Positions 33,988 to 45,382 are shown, counted from the whole stretch's first letter. The stretch is 60,161 bases of DNA, filler included, from 7 parts of 7 records of this genome joined end to end with filler, not necessarily neighbours in it; one strand, 5' to 3'. Program-made: numbers and translations. The notes: a model not told the origin generated them from the letters alone.

Positions 33988-34221
33988 ATGGGAAACATCA
34001 TTAAAAACCTACTATTTGCATTTGTATGGATTGCTGTTGTAATAATTGCGGGTTCTATTTTTTATAACTCGGTAACCAAACCTATGGCTCACGAAATGCC
34101 ACCCGGTTTTTTAGCCTCATTGGTTAAATTCTCACCCCTGATAATCACTATACCTATTAGCATTTTAATGCTGATAAATCAGGTAAAGATTATCTTAAAA
34201 TTTTATAAAAACGAATACTGA
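33988..34221 (+). CDS. Small two-TM hypothetical protein
   Basis: 77 aa with two hydrophobic helices; first gene after the LytTR regulator. Confidence 0.55.
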   Translation: MGNIIKNLLFAFVWIAVVIIAGSIFYNSVTKPMAHEMPPGFLASLVKFSPLIITIPISILMLINQVKIILKFYKNEY

Positions 34222-34236
34222 AAAAGTTTTCATAAA

Positions 34237-35195
34237 ATGAATAATATGCAAAAACAGGAGCAAATAATAAGACAAATTGAAAGAAAATCCATATACATAA
34301 TTACCATTGTTTTTTGTTGCCTGGCATCATTAAATGCGCAAAAATACAGTCCCATTCTTATCCTGGAAGAATGCGGTTCCGCTACTTTGCTAAACAACAA
34401 AGAGATGCTTGTTGTAGAAAACATTACTGACAAGAAAATTTTTGCCATTTACGATTTGGAAAATAAAAACTGCACTAAAAAATTCAAATGCAAACTACCC
34501 GTAAATCCGGTAACCTATCTGCTGCCATCCGAAAACGAAACAGCATATTTTATCACCCTTAAAAAGCAGCCAGAAACAGGCAAGCCCCTGTTCGATGCCA
34601 TTTATGCTTTCGACATGACAAAAGAAAAAATCAAAAAGATTTACACCGAAAAAAAGAAACCATGATACCCTTTTCGGCTACAATGGTTGGCCCAAAGCTT
34701 GTCTTGGGGCACATGTACCCTTCTCAACAACCTATTGTTTTTGATATTAACAAAAGGGTGTTTGAGCCATTTAGCGAGAACAGTGATTTAAGAATGCTCT
34801 ACGCCTCCAACAAACACAAAAATTTTGTTGTTGTCCGCATGAGCGAACTGCGAGAAAATGACACCATGCCTGTGTATGTTATGAACCTCGAAGGCGAAAT
34901 AAGCGACAGCATTGGCAGCTACAATTCCCGCATGTCATTCTCATCAGACCGTGATGATTATATCCTTCCTGGATTAACCATTACCAACCACGACTATGAC
35001 TGGACAATTGCTGCTTATGATTTTAGTGGATTCCCGCTCTCGGGATTTAAAATACCTACCCGCCCGGGTATTGTGGAGCGTTACAACAAATTCTCTAACC
35101 TTTTTGAAGTAAAAGAATTATTGAGTGCTAACTCAAGCTACATAATAGCAAACGGACAAGGCGGAAAACTATTTGTATACGATACAAGAAAGTAA
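34237..35195 (+). CDS. Exported hypothetical protein, possibly beta-propeller; split at A run 34649-34655
   Basis: Signal peptide (CLASLNAQ); one extra A joins YTEKKETMIPFS into the 34662 ORF. Confidence 0.6.
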
Positions 35196-35218
35196 TAACT
35201 ATTTAAATATTTAGCAAC

Positions 35219-35824
35219 ATGAAAAAATTACCCTGCATTTTAGCATTGGCAGCATTACTGACTGCATGTGGGACAACAAAAAAAGTAACAACCAAAAAGG
35301 AAGTGCCTGTACCAGAAGGTTTAACTTTCGAAAAAGTTGAATATACCAACAATAGCCTGTTAGCTAGTATCAACATGCCAATATCAGGAGCGAAATTTAA
35401 TTCTGAAAAATCGGATACACCTGAAGGGCGATCGATATATAGATTCGGAAAAGCACAACTTCTTATTTACTCTCCGCTAAACAAAGACTTTAAAGGAACA
35501 CTTGATGAACAATTAGCAAAAATTCACAACGACAAATACTTTGGCCCAAGAACAGCGGCAATTAAGTTTAATGAAAAACATATTGTGAACTTCACCGATA
35601 GTACTGTTTCAAATTACGACGTTGTCAAAGTTGATATTAGCAGAAAACTAGTCCAGGGATGGGGATCTTTCAATTATGGATATATCGTTCAACACAACAA
35701 TATGGCATTGTTTATCTGGATAAAAGATGTTTATGTTACACCCGATGATAATATAGATGAATTTCGAAAAACATTAGACGATGCTTTCACATACATGATT
35801 GAAACAGCCGAATTTAAAGAATAG
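35219..35824 (+). CDS. Lipoprotein, unknown function
   Basis: MKKLPCILALAALLTA-C lipobox. Confidence 0.75.
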   Translation: MKKLPCILALAALLTACGTTKKVTTKKEVPVPEGLTFEKVEYTNNSLLASINMPISGAKFNSEKSDTPEGRSIYRFGKAQLLIYSPLNKDFKGTLDEQLAKIHNDKYFGPRTAAIKFNEKHIVNFTDSTVSNYDVVKVDISRKLVQGWGSFNYGYIVQHNNMALFIWIKDVYVTPDDNIDEFRKTLDDAFTYMIETAEFKE

Positions 35825-35856
35825 TATCAATAGAATAAACATTAATTAAAATTATT

Positions 35857-36420
35857 ATGAGTACAGCAACAATTGTAATTATCGCAGCATCAATACTTCT
35901 GGCATTGATTATTATTGGCATGTATAACGGTCTTATCCAACGCAAAAACGAAGTTGACAATGCCTTTGGTGGCATGGATGTTCAACTAAAAAAACGATAC
36001 GACCTTATCCCCAACCTTGTGGCAACCGTAAAACAATATGCCGAACACGAAAAAGAACTTTTAACCAAAGTTACCGAAATGCGAAGCAAAGCCACCAATA
36101 GCAATTTAAGTAATGACGAAAAGGTTGCTCTCGATAATCAAATCTCGGCAGGGATGAAAAGCATTATGGTTTCCGTTGAGAACTACCCGGATTTAAAATC
36201 CAACGAAAATTTCATGGATCTGCAACACACCTTAAACGAAGTTGAATCGCAAATATCGGCAGCACGCCGTACCTACAATGCTGTTATTACAGACTATAAC
36301 AATGGCATCCAAACATTTCCCCGCAACATATTGGCCGGAATGATGAATATGAAAGTAAAAGAAGTATTTGTTATCCCGGAAGCAGAACGCCAGAATGTTG
36401 ATGTTAAGAACTTGTTCTAG
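35857..36420 (+). CDS. lemA: LemA family protein
   Basis: N-terminal TM, YNGL, DVQLKKRYDLIPNLV, ENYPDLKSNENF, ARRTYN, FPRN. Confidence 0.93.
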   Translation: MSTATIVIIAASILLALIIIGMYNGLIQRKNEVDNAFGGMDVQLKKRYDLIPNLVATVKQYAEHEKELLTKVTEMRSKATNSNLSNDEKVALDNQISAGMKSIMVSVENYPDLKSNENFMDLQHTLNEVESQISAARRTYNAVITDYNNGIQTFPRNILAGMMNMKVKEVFVIPEAERQNVDVKNLF

Positions 36421-36453
36421 TGTTGGTTGTAATATGATTAAAATTGGAAGTCG

Positions 36454-36553
36454 NNNNNNNNNNNNNNNNNNNNNNNNNNNNNNNNNNNNNNNNNNNNTTA
36501 ATTAATTAANNNNNNNNNNNNNNNNNNNNNNNNNNNNNNNNNNNNNNNNNNNN
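36454..36553. other. Artificial contig spacer
   Basis: N44-TTAATTAATTAA-N44. Confidence 0.98.
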
Positions 36554-37036
36554 AAAAGCGGAAAAGAATTCAATGCCCATTTGCAAATTGATGCCGATAA
36601 ACGAGGTATCGGTTTTCGTTTTGACCAGCAGCAACAGCAAGGACAAAAAGCTAACGAACAACGTCAGGTTCGAATTCCAAATTCCTTACTTGGAAAAGAG
36701 CTGACCGGGGAGCAGCAACAAAAACTGGAAAAGCGCGAGACCATTTACGTTACAGGAATGAAAGACAAAAAAGGCGAAGAGTTTAACGCTTATATAAAAA
36801 TTAATGATGAAAAGGGAAAGCTTGATTTTTACAAATGGAATCCCGACAAAGCTCAAAAGAAAGGTGCGGAGGTAACACCCGATAATAAAAGCAAAACACA
36901 GGTAGCTGTAAACTCGGAGGGCAAAACCAATGAGGCAACCAAGGATATTAAAGAGCCTTTGAAAAAGGAGCAGGTAAAACCATCTGAGCGTCAACAAACC
37001 ACAAAACGAAATCGCTCAAAATCACATTCAATGTAA
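36554..37036 (+). CDS. DUF3945/DUF4099-type ICE protein, C-terminal part
   Basis: FNAHLQIDADKRGIGFRF, GMKDKKGEEFNAYIK, TQVAVNSEGKTNEATK, typical of Bacteroidota conjugative transposons. Confidence 0.75.
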   Translation, partial: KSGKEFNAHLQIDADKRGIGFRFDQQQQQGQKANEQRQVRIPNSLLGKELTGEQQQKLEKRETIYVTGMKDKKGEEFNAYIKINDEKGKLDFYKWNPDKAQKKGAEVTPDNKSKTQVAVNSEGKTNEATKDIKEPLKKEQVKPSERQQTTKRNRSKSHSM

Positions 37037-37144
37037 TTCATAAACATCCCGTTTTTGCTGAATTTTAGCACAACGTCTGGGGGAAACTCCGGACGTTCTT
37101 ACCTCCTTCCCAAATTCTTTCTTGAACATATTAGAATCAAAATC

Positions 37145-37582
37145 ATGAACAATACACAAAAAGAACTATCCTGGTTCAAGCTGTCTTTGCTCCAATTTCT
37201 TTACGAGAGTCATCCAGAATTAACCGAGGATACCAATTTTATAAATACACGTGGCGACTCAGCTGCCGAAACCTATGCCGAAGCTATTACAAACGGTCTC
37301 AACCACCGGGAAGCAGAAGAATTAGCAAATGAAGTTCTGTTTAACGGACTTCATTTTTCGAAGCACGATACGCTGGTAACAATTATTTGGAATGAATTTG
37401 TAGAAGTAATAGCAATGGGCGAAGCAAAAGACTTTGCCATTAAAATACTTCCAGAATTTGAAACTGTGTTTTCAAAGTATTCCATAAACGATGAGTTTGC
37501 TTACAGTATAGATTTTACAAGTCTTTACACTGAACTGACCGGAGCTTTGTTAATTTATTTGGAAGGAAATGAGCTTCAATAA
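37145..37582 (+). CDS. DUF1896 family protein
   Basis: [43 protein letters not shown]; likely start MNNTQ at 37145. Confidence 0.8.
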   Translation: MNNTQKELSWFKLSLLQFLYESHPELTEDTNFINTRGDSAAETYAEAITNGLNHREAEELANEVLFNGLHFSKHDTLVTIIWNEFVEVIAMGEAKDFAIKILPEFETVFSKYSINDEFAYSIDFTSLYTELTGALLIYLEGNELQ

Positions 37583-40500
37583 AGAAAAGCACCTCAGGTC
37601 AAATATTGATGCCATAAAACTCTGTTTTCAACTGGAAAAAGAGAAGCGAAGCCCAACTCAGAAAGAGTCCGAAGCCCTAAAACAGTATGTCGGTTTTGGG
37701 GCTTTAAAATGTATTCTGAATCCAGTTGAAAATCTTTCTGATGTCGCGCACTGGTCGAATTCGGAAGTAGAACTGTTTCCTTTTGTAGTTGAATTACATG
37801 ATTTGCTGAAGGAGAATTCAACATCAGAACAGCAGTACAAGCAATACTTGGGCAGCCTGAAAAATTCTATTCTCACTGCCTTTTATACTCCCCCTGAAAT
37901 CGTTCAGGTTATAGCCGAATCGCTACACAAAAATGGTATTTCTCCAACAAGTTTTCTTGACCCCTCAGCAGGCATGGGTGAGTTTGTTTCAGCATTTAAG
38001 AATGTGGATAATCCAGTGCAGGTAACGGGCATCGAAAAGGATTTACTCACTGGAAAATTACTCTCACATCTCCATCCCAATGATAAAATGAGGGTAATGG
38101 GTTTTGAAGAAATAGAAAGTCGTTACAACAATCACTTCGATGTGGTTTCTTCCAATATTCCTTTTGGCGATGTAGCAGCTTTTGATATTTCCTTTTCAAA
38201 AAGCAAGAACAAAGTAAAACAACAAGCTTGCAGAAGCATTCACAATTACTTCTTTTTAAAAGGAATGGATACTCTCCGCGAAGGAGGAATCCTTGCATTT
38301 ATCACTTCTATGGGGGTTATGAATTCCCCGAAGAATGAGCCTGTTCGTAGGTGGTTAATGGAAAACAGCAACCTTGTTTCATCCATTCGTTTACCCAATA
38401 ATTTGTTCCGTGAATATGCAGGAACAGAAGTGGGAAGCGACCTGATTGTTTTACAAAAAAACAGCAATAAAAATCAACTTCAAACTAAGGAAAAGGATTT
38501 TATAAAAAGTGAGAAGTATAAGTCCGGCATATACAACAATAACTATTACAACGATTTTCAAAGAGTGGTGCATACCGAAGGATTTATCGATACCGACCCT
38601 TATGGAAAACCGGCACAGGTTTTTATACATAAAGGGGGAATAGATGGAATGGCAGTCGACCTCAAAAAAATGCTTCAAGCTGATTTGGCTGCTTACCTCG
38701 ACCTTAACTTATTCCAGCAAAACAAACCAATACATGAACCAATCCATTTTAAAAAAAATACTACAAAACAAAACCCAACAAACATTAAGCAGCCCTCACT
38801 TTCATTATACGATTTATTTGATTTTAACTCGGAAGAGCGAACCCAACATAAACCGATAAGGAAACGTCAATTACCCAAACCAAAAGGCAAACAACTTAAC
38901 CTGTTTTCTCAACCAAGAAATGTAAACGGGAAAGAACCGAACAATAGAAAACCACAATTACCGGAAACAAGAAAATTTGCCGGAAATTTAAAAGTACATC
39001 ACAAGGAAGGAAGTTTAGTTCAGGATAACGGGCAGGTCGGTTTTCTAAAAGAATTGGATGGAGAGCAGGCAACTTTTAAGCAGTTGAGACTAAATCCAAA
39101 CCAACAATCCAAAGCATTACTTTTTATAAAAATAAGAGATACATATCAGGAACTTTATAACAACGAAGCAAATGACTTAAAAGAAGATAGTTCCAGCCGT
39201 GAATTATTGAATTCGTACTACGATAGTTTTGTAGAAAAGTACAGTCAGCTAAATGATACCAAGAATCTTGGATTGTTAAAAATGGATTCGGGAGCGAATG
39301 AAATTCTAGCTCTTGAAAGAGGCATTAATGGAGAACTGTTTAAAGCCGATATTTTTAATCATCCTGTTGCTTTTAATCCCAATGAGCTTGAACATGTAGA
39401 AACTTCGGAAGAAGCCCTTGCCGCATCCTTAAATAAATTTAGCGAAGTAAATATGTCCTACATGCTTTCATTATTGGATGGCAAGAGCAAAGAAGAATTG
39501 CTCGATGAGCTTCAAGGTCGAATAAATTACAATCCGTTGGTTGAGAACTACGAAGTGGCGGACAGATTTATTGCAGGGAATGTTGTTGAAAAAGCGGAAC
39601 AGGTTGGAAAGTATTTGAAATCACATCAGAATGACATTTCTGTCCTGGAATCGTTAAAAGCTTTACAAAACGCAATACCACAACCCATACAGTTTGATGA
39701 GCTGGATTTTAACTTTGGTGAACGCTGGATTCCAACAAATATTTATAGCCAATATGCCTCTGATTTATTCAAGACAGAAACAAATATCCATTACTCTCCA
39801 TCAACGGATGAGTTTTCAATAAAAGCACAATTTACTAATGCTAATATTTATGAAAAGTACGCTATAAAATCACAAAACCGTTTGTATGATGGAGTGGCAT
39901 TAATGAAACATGCCTTGCTTAATACTTCGCCTAATATTACAAAAAGAATAACGATTGGCGATAAGGAAATTAAGGTAAAGGATGGTGAAGCGATGCAACT
40001 GGCAAACAGTAAGATTGATGAGATAAGGAATGGTTTTTCGGAATGGTTAAGTGAGCAAACACCGGAGTTTAAAAATCAATTGACTGATTTGTATAATTCG
40101 ACCTACAACTGTTATGTGCGCCCAAAATACGATGGTTCACACCAGACCTTTCCAAACCTCGATTTAGGAGCACTGGGAATACCAAAGCTTTACGGAAGCC
40201 AGAAGGATGCAGTTTGGATGTTGAAACAAAATGGGGGCGGTATTTGCGACCATGAGGTAGGTTCTGGTAAAACCTTGGTAATGTGTTGTGGTGCGTACGA
40301 AATGAAACGTTTAAAACTGGCAAACAAGCCAATGATTGTTGGATTAAAAGCCAATATTCACGAGATAGCTCAAACATTCAGAACAGCATATCCTTACGCA
40401 AAAATCCTCTATCCCGGCAAACAGGATTTTACACCGGCAAAACGTATGAAAATATTTCATGACATTAAAAATAATTCGTGGGATGCATTGATACTTACCC

Positions 40501-42796
40501 ATGAGCAATTCGGTATGATACCTCAATCATCCGAAGTTCAAAAACAAATACTCCAGACAGAGTTGGACAGTGTGGAGGAAAACCTTCAGGTCGTTCGTCA
40601 GCAAGGAGGAGAAGTGTCGAGAGGCATGTTAAAAGGACTAATAAAAAGACAGCAAAATCTGGAGGTGAAACTGAAAACAATTGCTTACGATATCGAAAAT
40701 AAAAAAGATGATGTGGTTGATTTCAAAATGATGGGAATTGACCACCTTTTTGTTGATGAAAGCCACCGCTTTAAAAATCTGATGTTTAATACGCGGCACG
40801 ACAGAGTTGCAGGAATGGGAAATCCACAAGGTAGCCAAAGAGCACTAAATATGCTATTTGCAATAAGAACGATTCAGGAAAGGACGGGTAAGGATTTGGG
40901 AGCCACGTTTTTGTCGGGAACAACCATCTCCAATTCTCTTACTGAACTGTTTCTACTGTTTAAATACCTCCGCCCAAAAGAATTGGAACGTCAGCAAATT
41001 AAAACTTTTGATGCCTGGGCTGCGGTTTATGCAAAAAAGACTACTGACTATGAATTCTCAGTAACCAATGAAATAGTTCAAAAAGAGCGGTTTCGTTATT
41101 TTATAAAAGTTCCCGAGTTGGCTGCCTTCTATAATGAGATAACAGATTTTAGAACGGCAAAAGATATTGGAATAGACCGTCCGGAAAAGAATGAAATCCT
41201 TTATAATATTCCACCAACGCCACAACAGGAAGTCTTTATTCAGAAACTGGTTGCCTTTGCCAAAAACGGGGATGCGACATTATTGGAAAGGGCACCTCTC
41301 TCGGAGCGGGAAGAAAAGGCAAAAATGTTGATTGCAACCAACTATGCCCGAAAAATGTCGCTTGATATGCGCTTGATTAGTCCGCATTACAATGACCATG
41401 TGGATAATAAAGCCTCGCATTGCGCCTCAAAGATTTCGGAATACTACCGGAAGTATGATGAGTACAAAGGAACTCAGTTTGTCTTTTCTGATTTAGGAAC
41501 TTATAAGCCCGGACAGTGGACGCCATACAGCGAAATAAAACGAAAACTGGTTGAACATCATCATATCCCGGCTCATGAAATACGTTTTATACAGGAAGCA
41601 AAAACCGAGCAGGCAAGAAAGTCAATTATTTCAGCCATGAATGAAGGTCGTATTCGCGTTTTATTTGGCTCAACAGATATGTTGGGAACAGGAGTAAATG
41701 CACAAAAAAGAGCAGTAGCACTACATCATTTAGATTCTCCCTGGCGACCATCTGATTTGGAGCAAAGAGAAGGTAGGGCAATCCGTAAAGGCAACGAAAT
41801 TGCTAAATTTTGTGCTGACAATAAAGTTGATGTAATTATATATGCAGTTGAAAAAAGTTTAGATTCATATAAGTTTAACCTGCTTCACAATAAACAGCTT
41901 TTTATTCAACAACTAAAAACAAATAATCTTGGGAAACGCACAATTGATGAAGGCAGTCTGGATGAAAAATCAGGGATGAACTTTTCCGAATATGTTGCCA
42001 TCCTTTCTGGTAATACCGATTTATTGGAGAAGACCAAGTTGGAGAAAAAATCGCAGCATTAGAAAGCGAACGGCAAGCTTTTAACCGAAGCAAATGGACT
42101 GCCCATTATCGTTTGGCAGATATTCAACAAAGCATAGACGGTCACCATAATTTGGCAAAACGTATGAAAACTGATTGGGATTCCTTTTCACGGAATATTC
42201 GAAAAGACGAATCGGGGAATACTTTAAATCTGGTTAAGATGAATGGTTTGAATGATTCGAATCCAAAGAAAATAGGAGTTAAACTGAATGAGTTAAAGGA
42301 GCGGTTGCAAACCAAAGGAGAATATAAAAAGATTGGAACACTTTATGGGTTCAGCATTCTTATCAAAACCGAAGCAAGTATGAAAGAAGGTTTTGATTTT
42401 ACAGAAAACAGATTTTTTGTAGAAGGTGACGGTGGGGTTAAATACTCCTATAATAATGGGCATTTAGCCAAAGACCCGAAACTTGCAGCTGCAAATTTTC
42501 TAAAAGCTCTGGAACGTATTCCAAGCTTGATTAGTAATCATGAAAGGTATGCAGAAAAGGCAATAAAAGATGTTCCTGTTTTGCAAGAAGTAGTTAGAAC
42601 TGAATGGCGAAAATTGAATGAGCTTAAAACTCTTAAAACAGAATTGTCTACAATTGAAAGAAAAATTCAATTATCATTAGATGCTGAGCGTTCTGAGCAT
42701 AATGAAGAAGAAAAGGTTTGCTCAGATAATAACCATCGACTTGAAAATAATGTTGTGGCCACAACAGTTTCGAAACAGAAATTAAAAGTCGGTTAA
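37569..42796 (+). CDS. N6-adenine methyltransferase-SNF2 helicase fusion (DarB-like); apparent frameshift at A run 42045-42050
   Basis: [18 protein letters not shown] MTase motifs; [30 protein letters not shown] helicase motifs; one extra A gives [15 protein letters not shown] into ORF 42113..42796. Confidence 0.9.
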
Positions 42797-42817
42797 ATAC
42801 ATAAAAGAACAACCCCT

Positions 42818-43114
42818 TTAATTTTTCTTTTTATATACAAAGTGCTGACTGATAAATTTATGTACATCTGATTCTAAGTAATAGGTTTTTTGTTGAATAC
42901 GTCGGTAGGGAAGTAGCCCTGAACTTCTGTAACGTTGAAGAGTGCGATTACTTACCTTTAGCAGTAAACACAAATCCTGATTGTCAAGTAACGTCTCCCC
43001 ATTGAGTTGACTTTTGGTATTGCTAAGTTTTTCCAGTTTTCGGTCGAGTATCTCAATTCTTTCAAGCACACGCTCCATCCAGGCTTCAAATAAATTTTTA
43101 TCAATATAAATCAT
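42818..43114 (-). CDS. Excisionase-like helix-turn-helix protein (HTH_17)
   Basis: LLDNQDLCLLLKVSNRTLQRYRSSGLLPY...YYLESDV. Confidence 0.88.
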   Translation of the reverse strand: MIYIDKNLFEAWMERVLERIEILDRKLEKLSNTKSQLNGETLLDNQDLCLLLKVSNRTLQRYRSSGLLPYRRIQQKTYYLESDVHKFISQHFVYKKKN

Positions 43115-43126
43115 AGCAACTAATTA

Positions 43127-43468
43127 TTAAAAGGGTTTCGAATTATTGAGCTTATATGTTTTGCGAAAAGCCTCAAGTATTTTAGGGTCACCTGGAATCA
43201 ATCTTTCGTGAAGTGATTTTTCAACATCTGATAGACGGTATAAACATTTTCCTCGGAGCATAGAATAGCTTAGGAGGTTGTCTTTTCGAACACGTTGCAA
43301 GGTTCTTTTACTTATTTTAAGTAAACCGGACAGTTCATTACTGTCTAACCAAATATCCTTGTCCTGTTCTGTATTTGCACTTTCGCACTTGGCAATATAA
43401 GCCGCAATTCGGTCAATTTTCCGAACAAGTTCCTGGTAGGTTTTGCTTTCGAATGTTATAAGTTCCAT
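43127..43468 (-). CDS. Excisionase-like helix-turn-helix protein (HTH_17)
   Basis: Likely start MELITFES; WLDSNELSGLLKISKRTLQRVR...YRLSDV. Confidence 0.85.
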   Translation of the reverse strand: MELITFESKTYQELVRKIDRIAAYIAKCESANTEQDKDIWLDSNELSGLLKISKRTLQRVRKDNLLSYSMLRGKCLYRLSDVEKSLHERLIPGDPKILEAFRKTYKLNNSKPF

Positions 43469-43768
43469 AATTACAATTTTTTGTTTTTGTAAAAGTGGAG
43501 CTATCAAAAATTCTTCTTTGACAAGTTGTTACCAAGTTGGGTATGATTTTTTTTGAGAAACACTTAAGTTGCTTCGTAAATGAAAGAAATATCACTCTGC
43601 TTTTTGTAAGGGATAGGTTTACGAAAAGCATTTGTTTTCGTTATATAACACGGACAAGTAAAGCCGAAGCCTGCCATATGTAACCCTTTTAATAAAAGAC
43701 TAAGCTTAATACATAGGTTTGATATGGTTAATCGGTAGAAAGAGAATTTTTCTCGGTTTACCTCATAA

Positions 43769-43960
43769 GTGAACCATGCAAGAAAAGCAGAACAGAAATA
43801 TAGAAGAAGCAACCAACAGAGTAAAAAAAGATTGCCCTTGGAACAAATTCAAAGTATTCCGAAATACAAGAATTTGTCACAGGACGATTATGAAAAGCTA
43901 ATGAAGGATTCTGAGACAATTGCTCTTCTTATTTTGAAAGCCTTTCTGTTGAAAAAATAG
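43769..43960 (+). CDS. Small hypothetical protein upstream of the recombinase
   Basis: 63-aa ORF, co-oriented with the recombinase and 75 nt before it; start codon uncertain. Confidence 0.5.
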   Translation: MNHARKAEQKYRRSNQQSKKRLPLEQIQSIPKYKNLSQDDYEKLMKDSETIALLILKAFLLKK

Positions 43961-44035
43961 TCGGAATCATGTTTGTTATTTTATTAACTTTCAAAACCAA
44001 ATTCATTCCAGCTAATATTATAATGTTTACCGACC

Positions 44036-45281
44036 ATGAATGATTTAAGCTACTTTAAACAGTTTGCACCACAAGTTCCCAGAAAACTTCAGGAAGGGAA
44101 CAATGCAGTTATATATACTCGTGTTTCATCTGCAGACCAGGAAGATAATACAAGTTTGGCATCTCAAAAAAGATATTGTGAAACTTATGCCAATAAAAAA
44201 GGTCTAAATGTAGTTGGTTATTTTGGTGGTACTTATGAGTCGGCAAAAACAGATGACAGAAAAGAATTCAACAGAATGTTAACCTATGTAAAACGTTCAA
44301 AAAATATAAGTTATGTTATTGTTTATTCATATGAACGTTTTTCCCGTTCAGGTATAGCTGGTGCTTCAATTGCAGATGACTTATTGAAAAAATATGGAGT
44401 AATTACGCTTGCCACAACACAAGAGCTCGACCCAACAACTCCATCCGGTTCCTTCCAACAAAAAATACTGTTTCTTTTTGGACAGATGGATAATGAAATG
44501 CGGAGAGATAAAGTTGTTACAGGCATGAAGGAATTGCTAATGAAAGGTTACTGGGTTTGGGCTACTCCGCGAGGATATAAAGATTTAAATAAAGGAAAGG
44601 CTACGGAACGTAAATTGGTGATAAATGAAGAAGGAAAAATTTTGAAGAAGGCTTTCGAGTGGAAAGCTTATACTGATATGTCAAATGTTGAGATAGCAAA
44701 ACGATTAAAACAGATGGATGTGGATATATCCGAAAAACGATTGAATAATTTGTTTTCAAATCCTTTCTATTGTGGTCTAATTGTTAGTAAAATGATTCCC
44801 GGACAAATTATCCAAGGAAAGCATGAGCCTCTAATATCAAAAGAACTTTTTCTTCAGGTTCACAATATTAGGCAGGAAAAAAGAACAGGTGGTTTTGTTC
44901 ACGACAAAGACAATGAAAATCTCCCACTAAAGGTATTTACCAAATGCGATAAATGTGGGCTAACAATGACTGGCTATTTGGTGAAAAAGAAAGGACTCTA
45001 TTACTATAAATGCCGAACTAAAGGATGTAAAGTAAACCGCAGTGCAAAGCAAATGCATGATTTGTTCCGAAATGTTTTAGAGACTTTTCAGATAGGGAAA
45101 GAGGAGATGAGTATAATTAAGATACAATTGGAAGAACAGATGGCGGTATTTTTCAAATCCCAAATGGAGGATGAAAAATCATTAAAAAAGAAACGAACTG
45201 ATATAAAAAATAAATTGGATGTAATGGAAGAACGATTTGTCATTGGAGAGATTGACCGTTCACTTTATGAAAAGTTCAGGC
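44036..45281 (+). CDS. Large serine recombinase (resolvase + recombinase + Zn ribbon + coiled coil), truncated
   Basis: YTRVSS catalytic Ser, ESAK..DR.EF, ERFSR, NPFYCG, GKHEPLIS, CDKCG...YYKCRTKGC. Confidence 0.92.
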
Positions 45282-45381
45282 NNNNNNNNNNNNNNNNNNN
45301 NNNNNNNNNNNNNNNNNNNNNNNNNTTAATTAATTAANNNNNNNNNNNNNNNNNNNNNNNNNNNNNNNNNNNNNNNNNNNN
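45282..45381. other. Artificial contig spacer
   Basis: N44-TTAATTAATTAA-N44. Confidence 0.98.
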
Positions 45382-45382
45382 C

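Larger units (their letters stand above)
36554..45281. mobile_element. Fragment of a Bacteroidota integrative conjugative element (conjugative transposon)
   Basis: DUF3945-like, DUF1896, methylase-helicase, two excisionase-like HTH genes and a recombinase. Ends and att sites are not visible. Confidence 0.82.

Noticed and set aside
42045-42062. Programmed ribosomal frameshift in the helicase (and at other A runs)
   Set aside because: No clear stimulatory structure seen, and the same one-base loss occurs in unrelated genes such as kdsB and hppA; sequencing error is simpler.
42113-42796. Separate 227-aa gene after the helicase
   Set aside because: Its frame is open upstream and joins the helicase with one extra A at 42045-42050.
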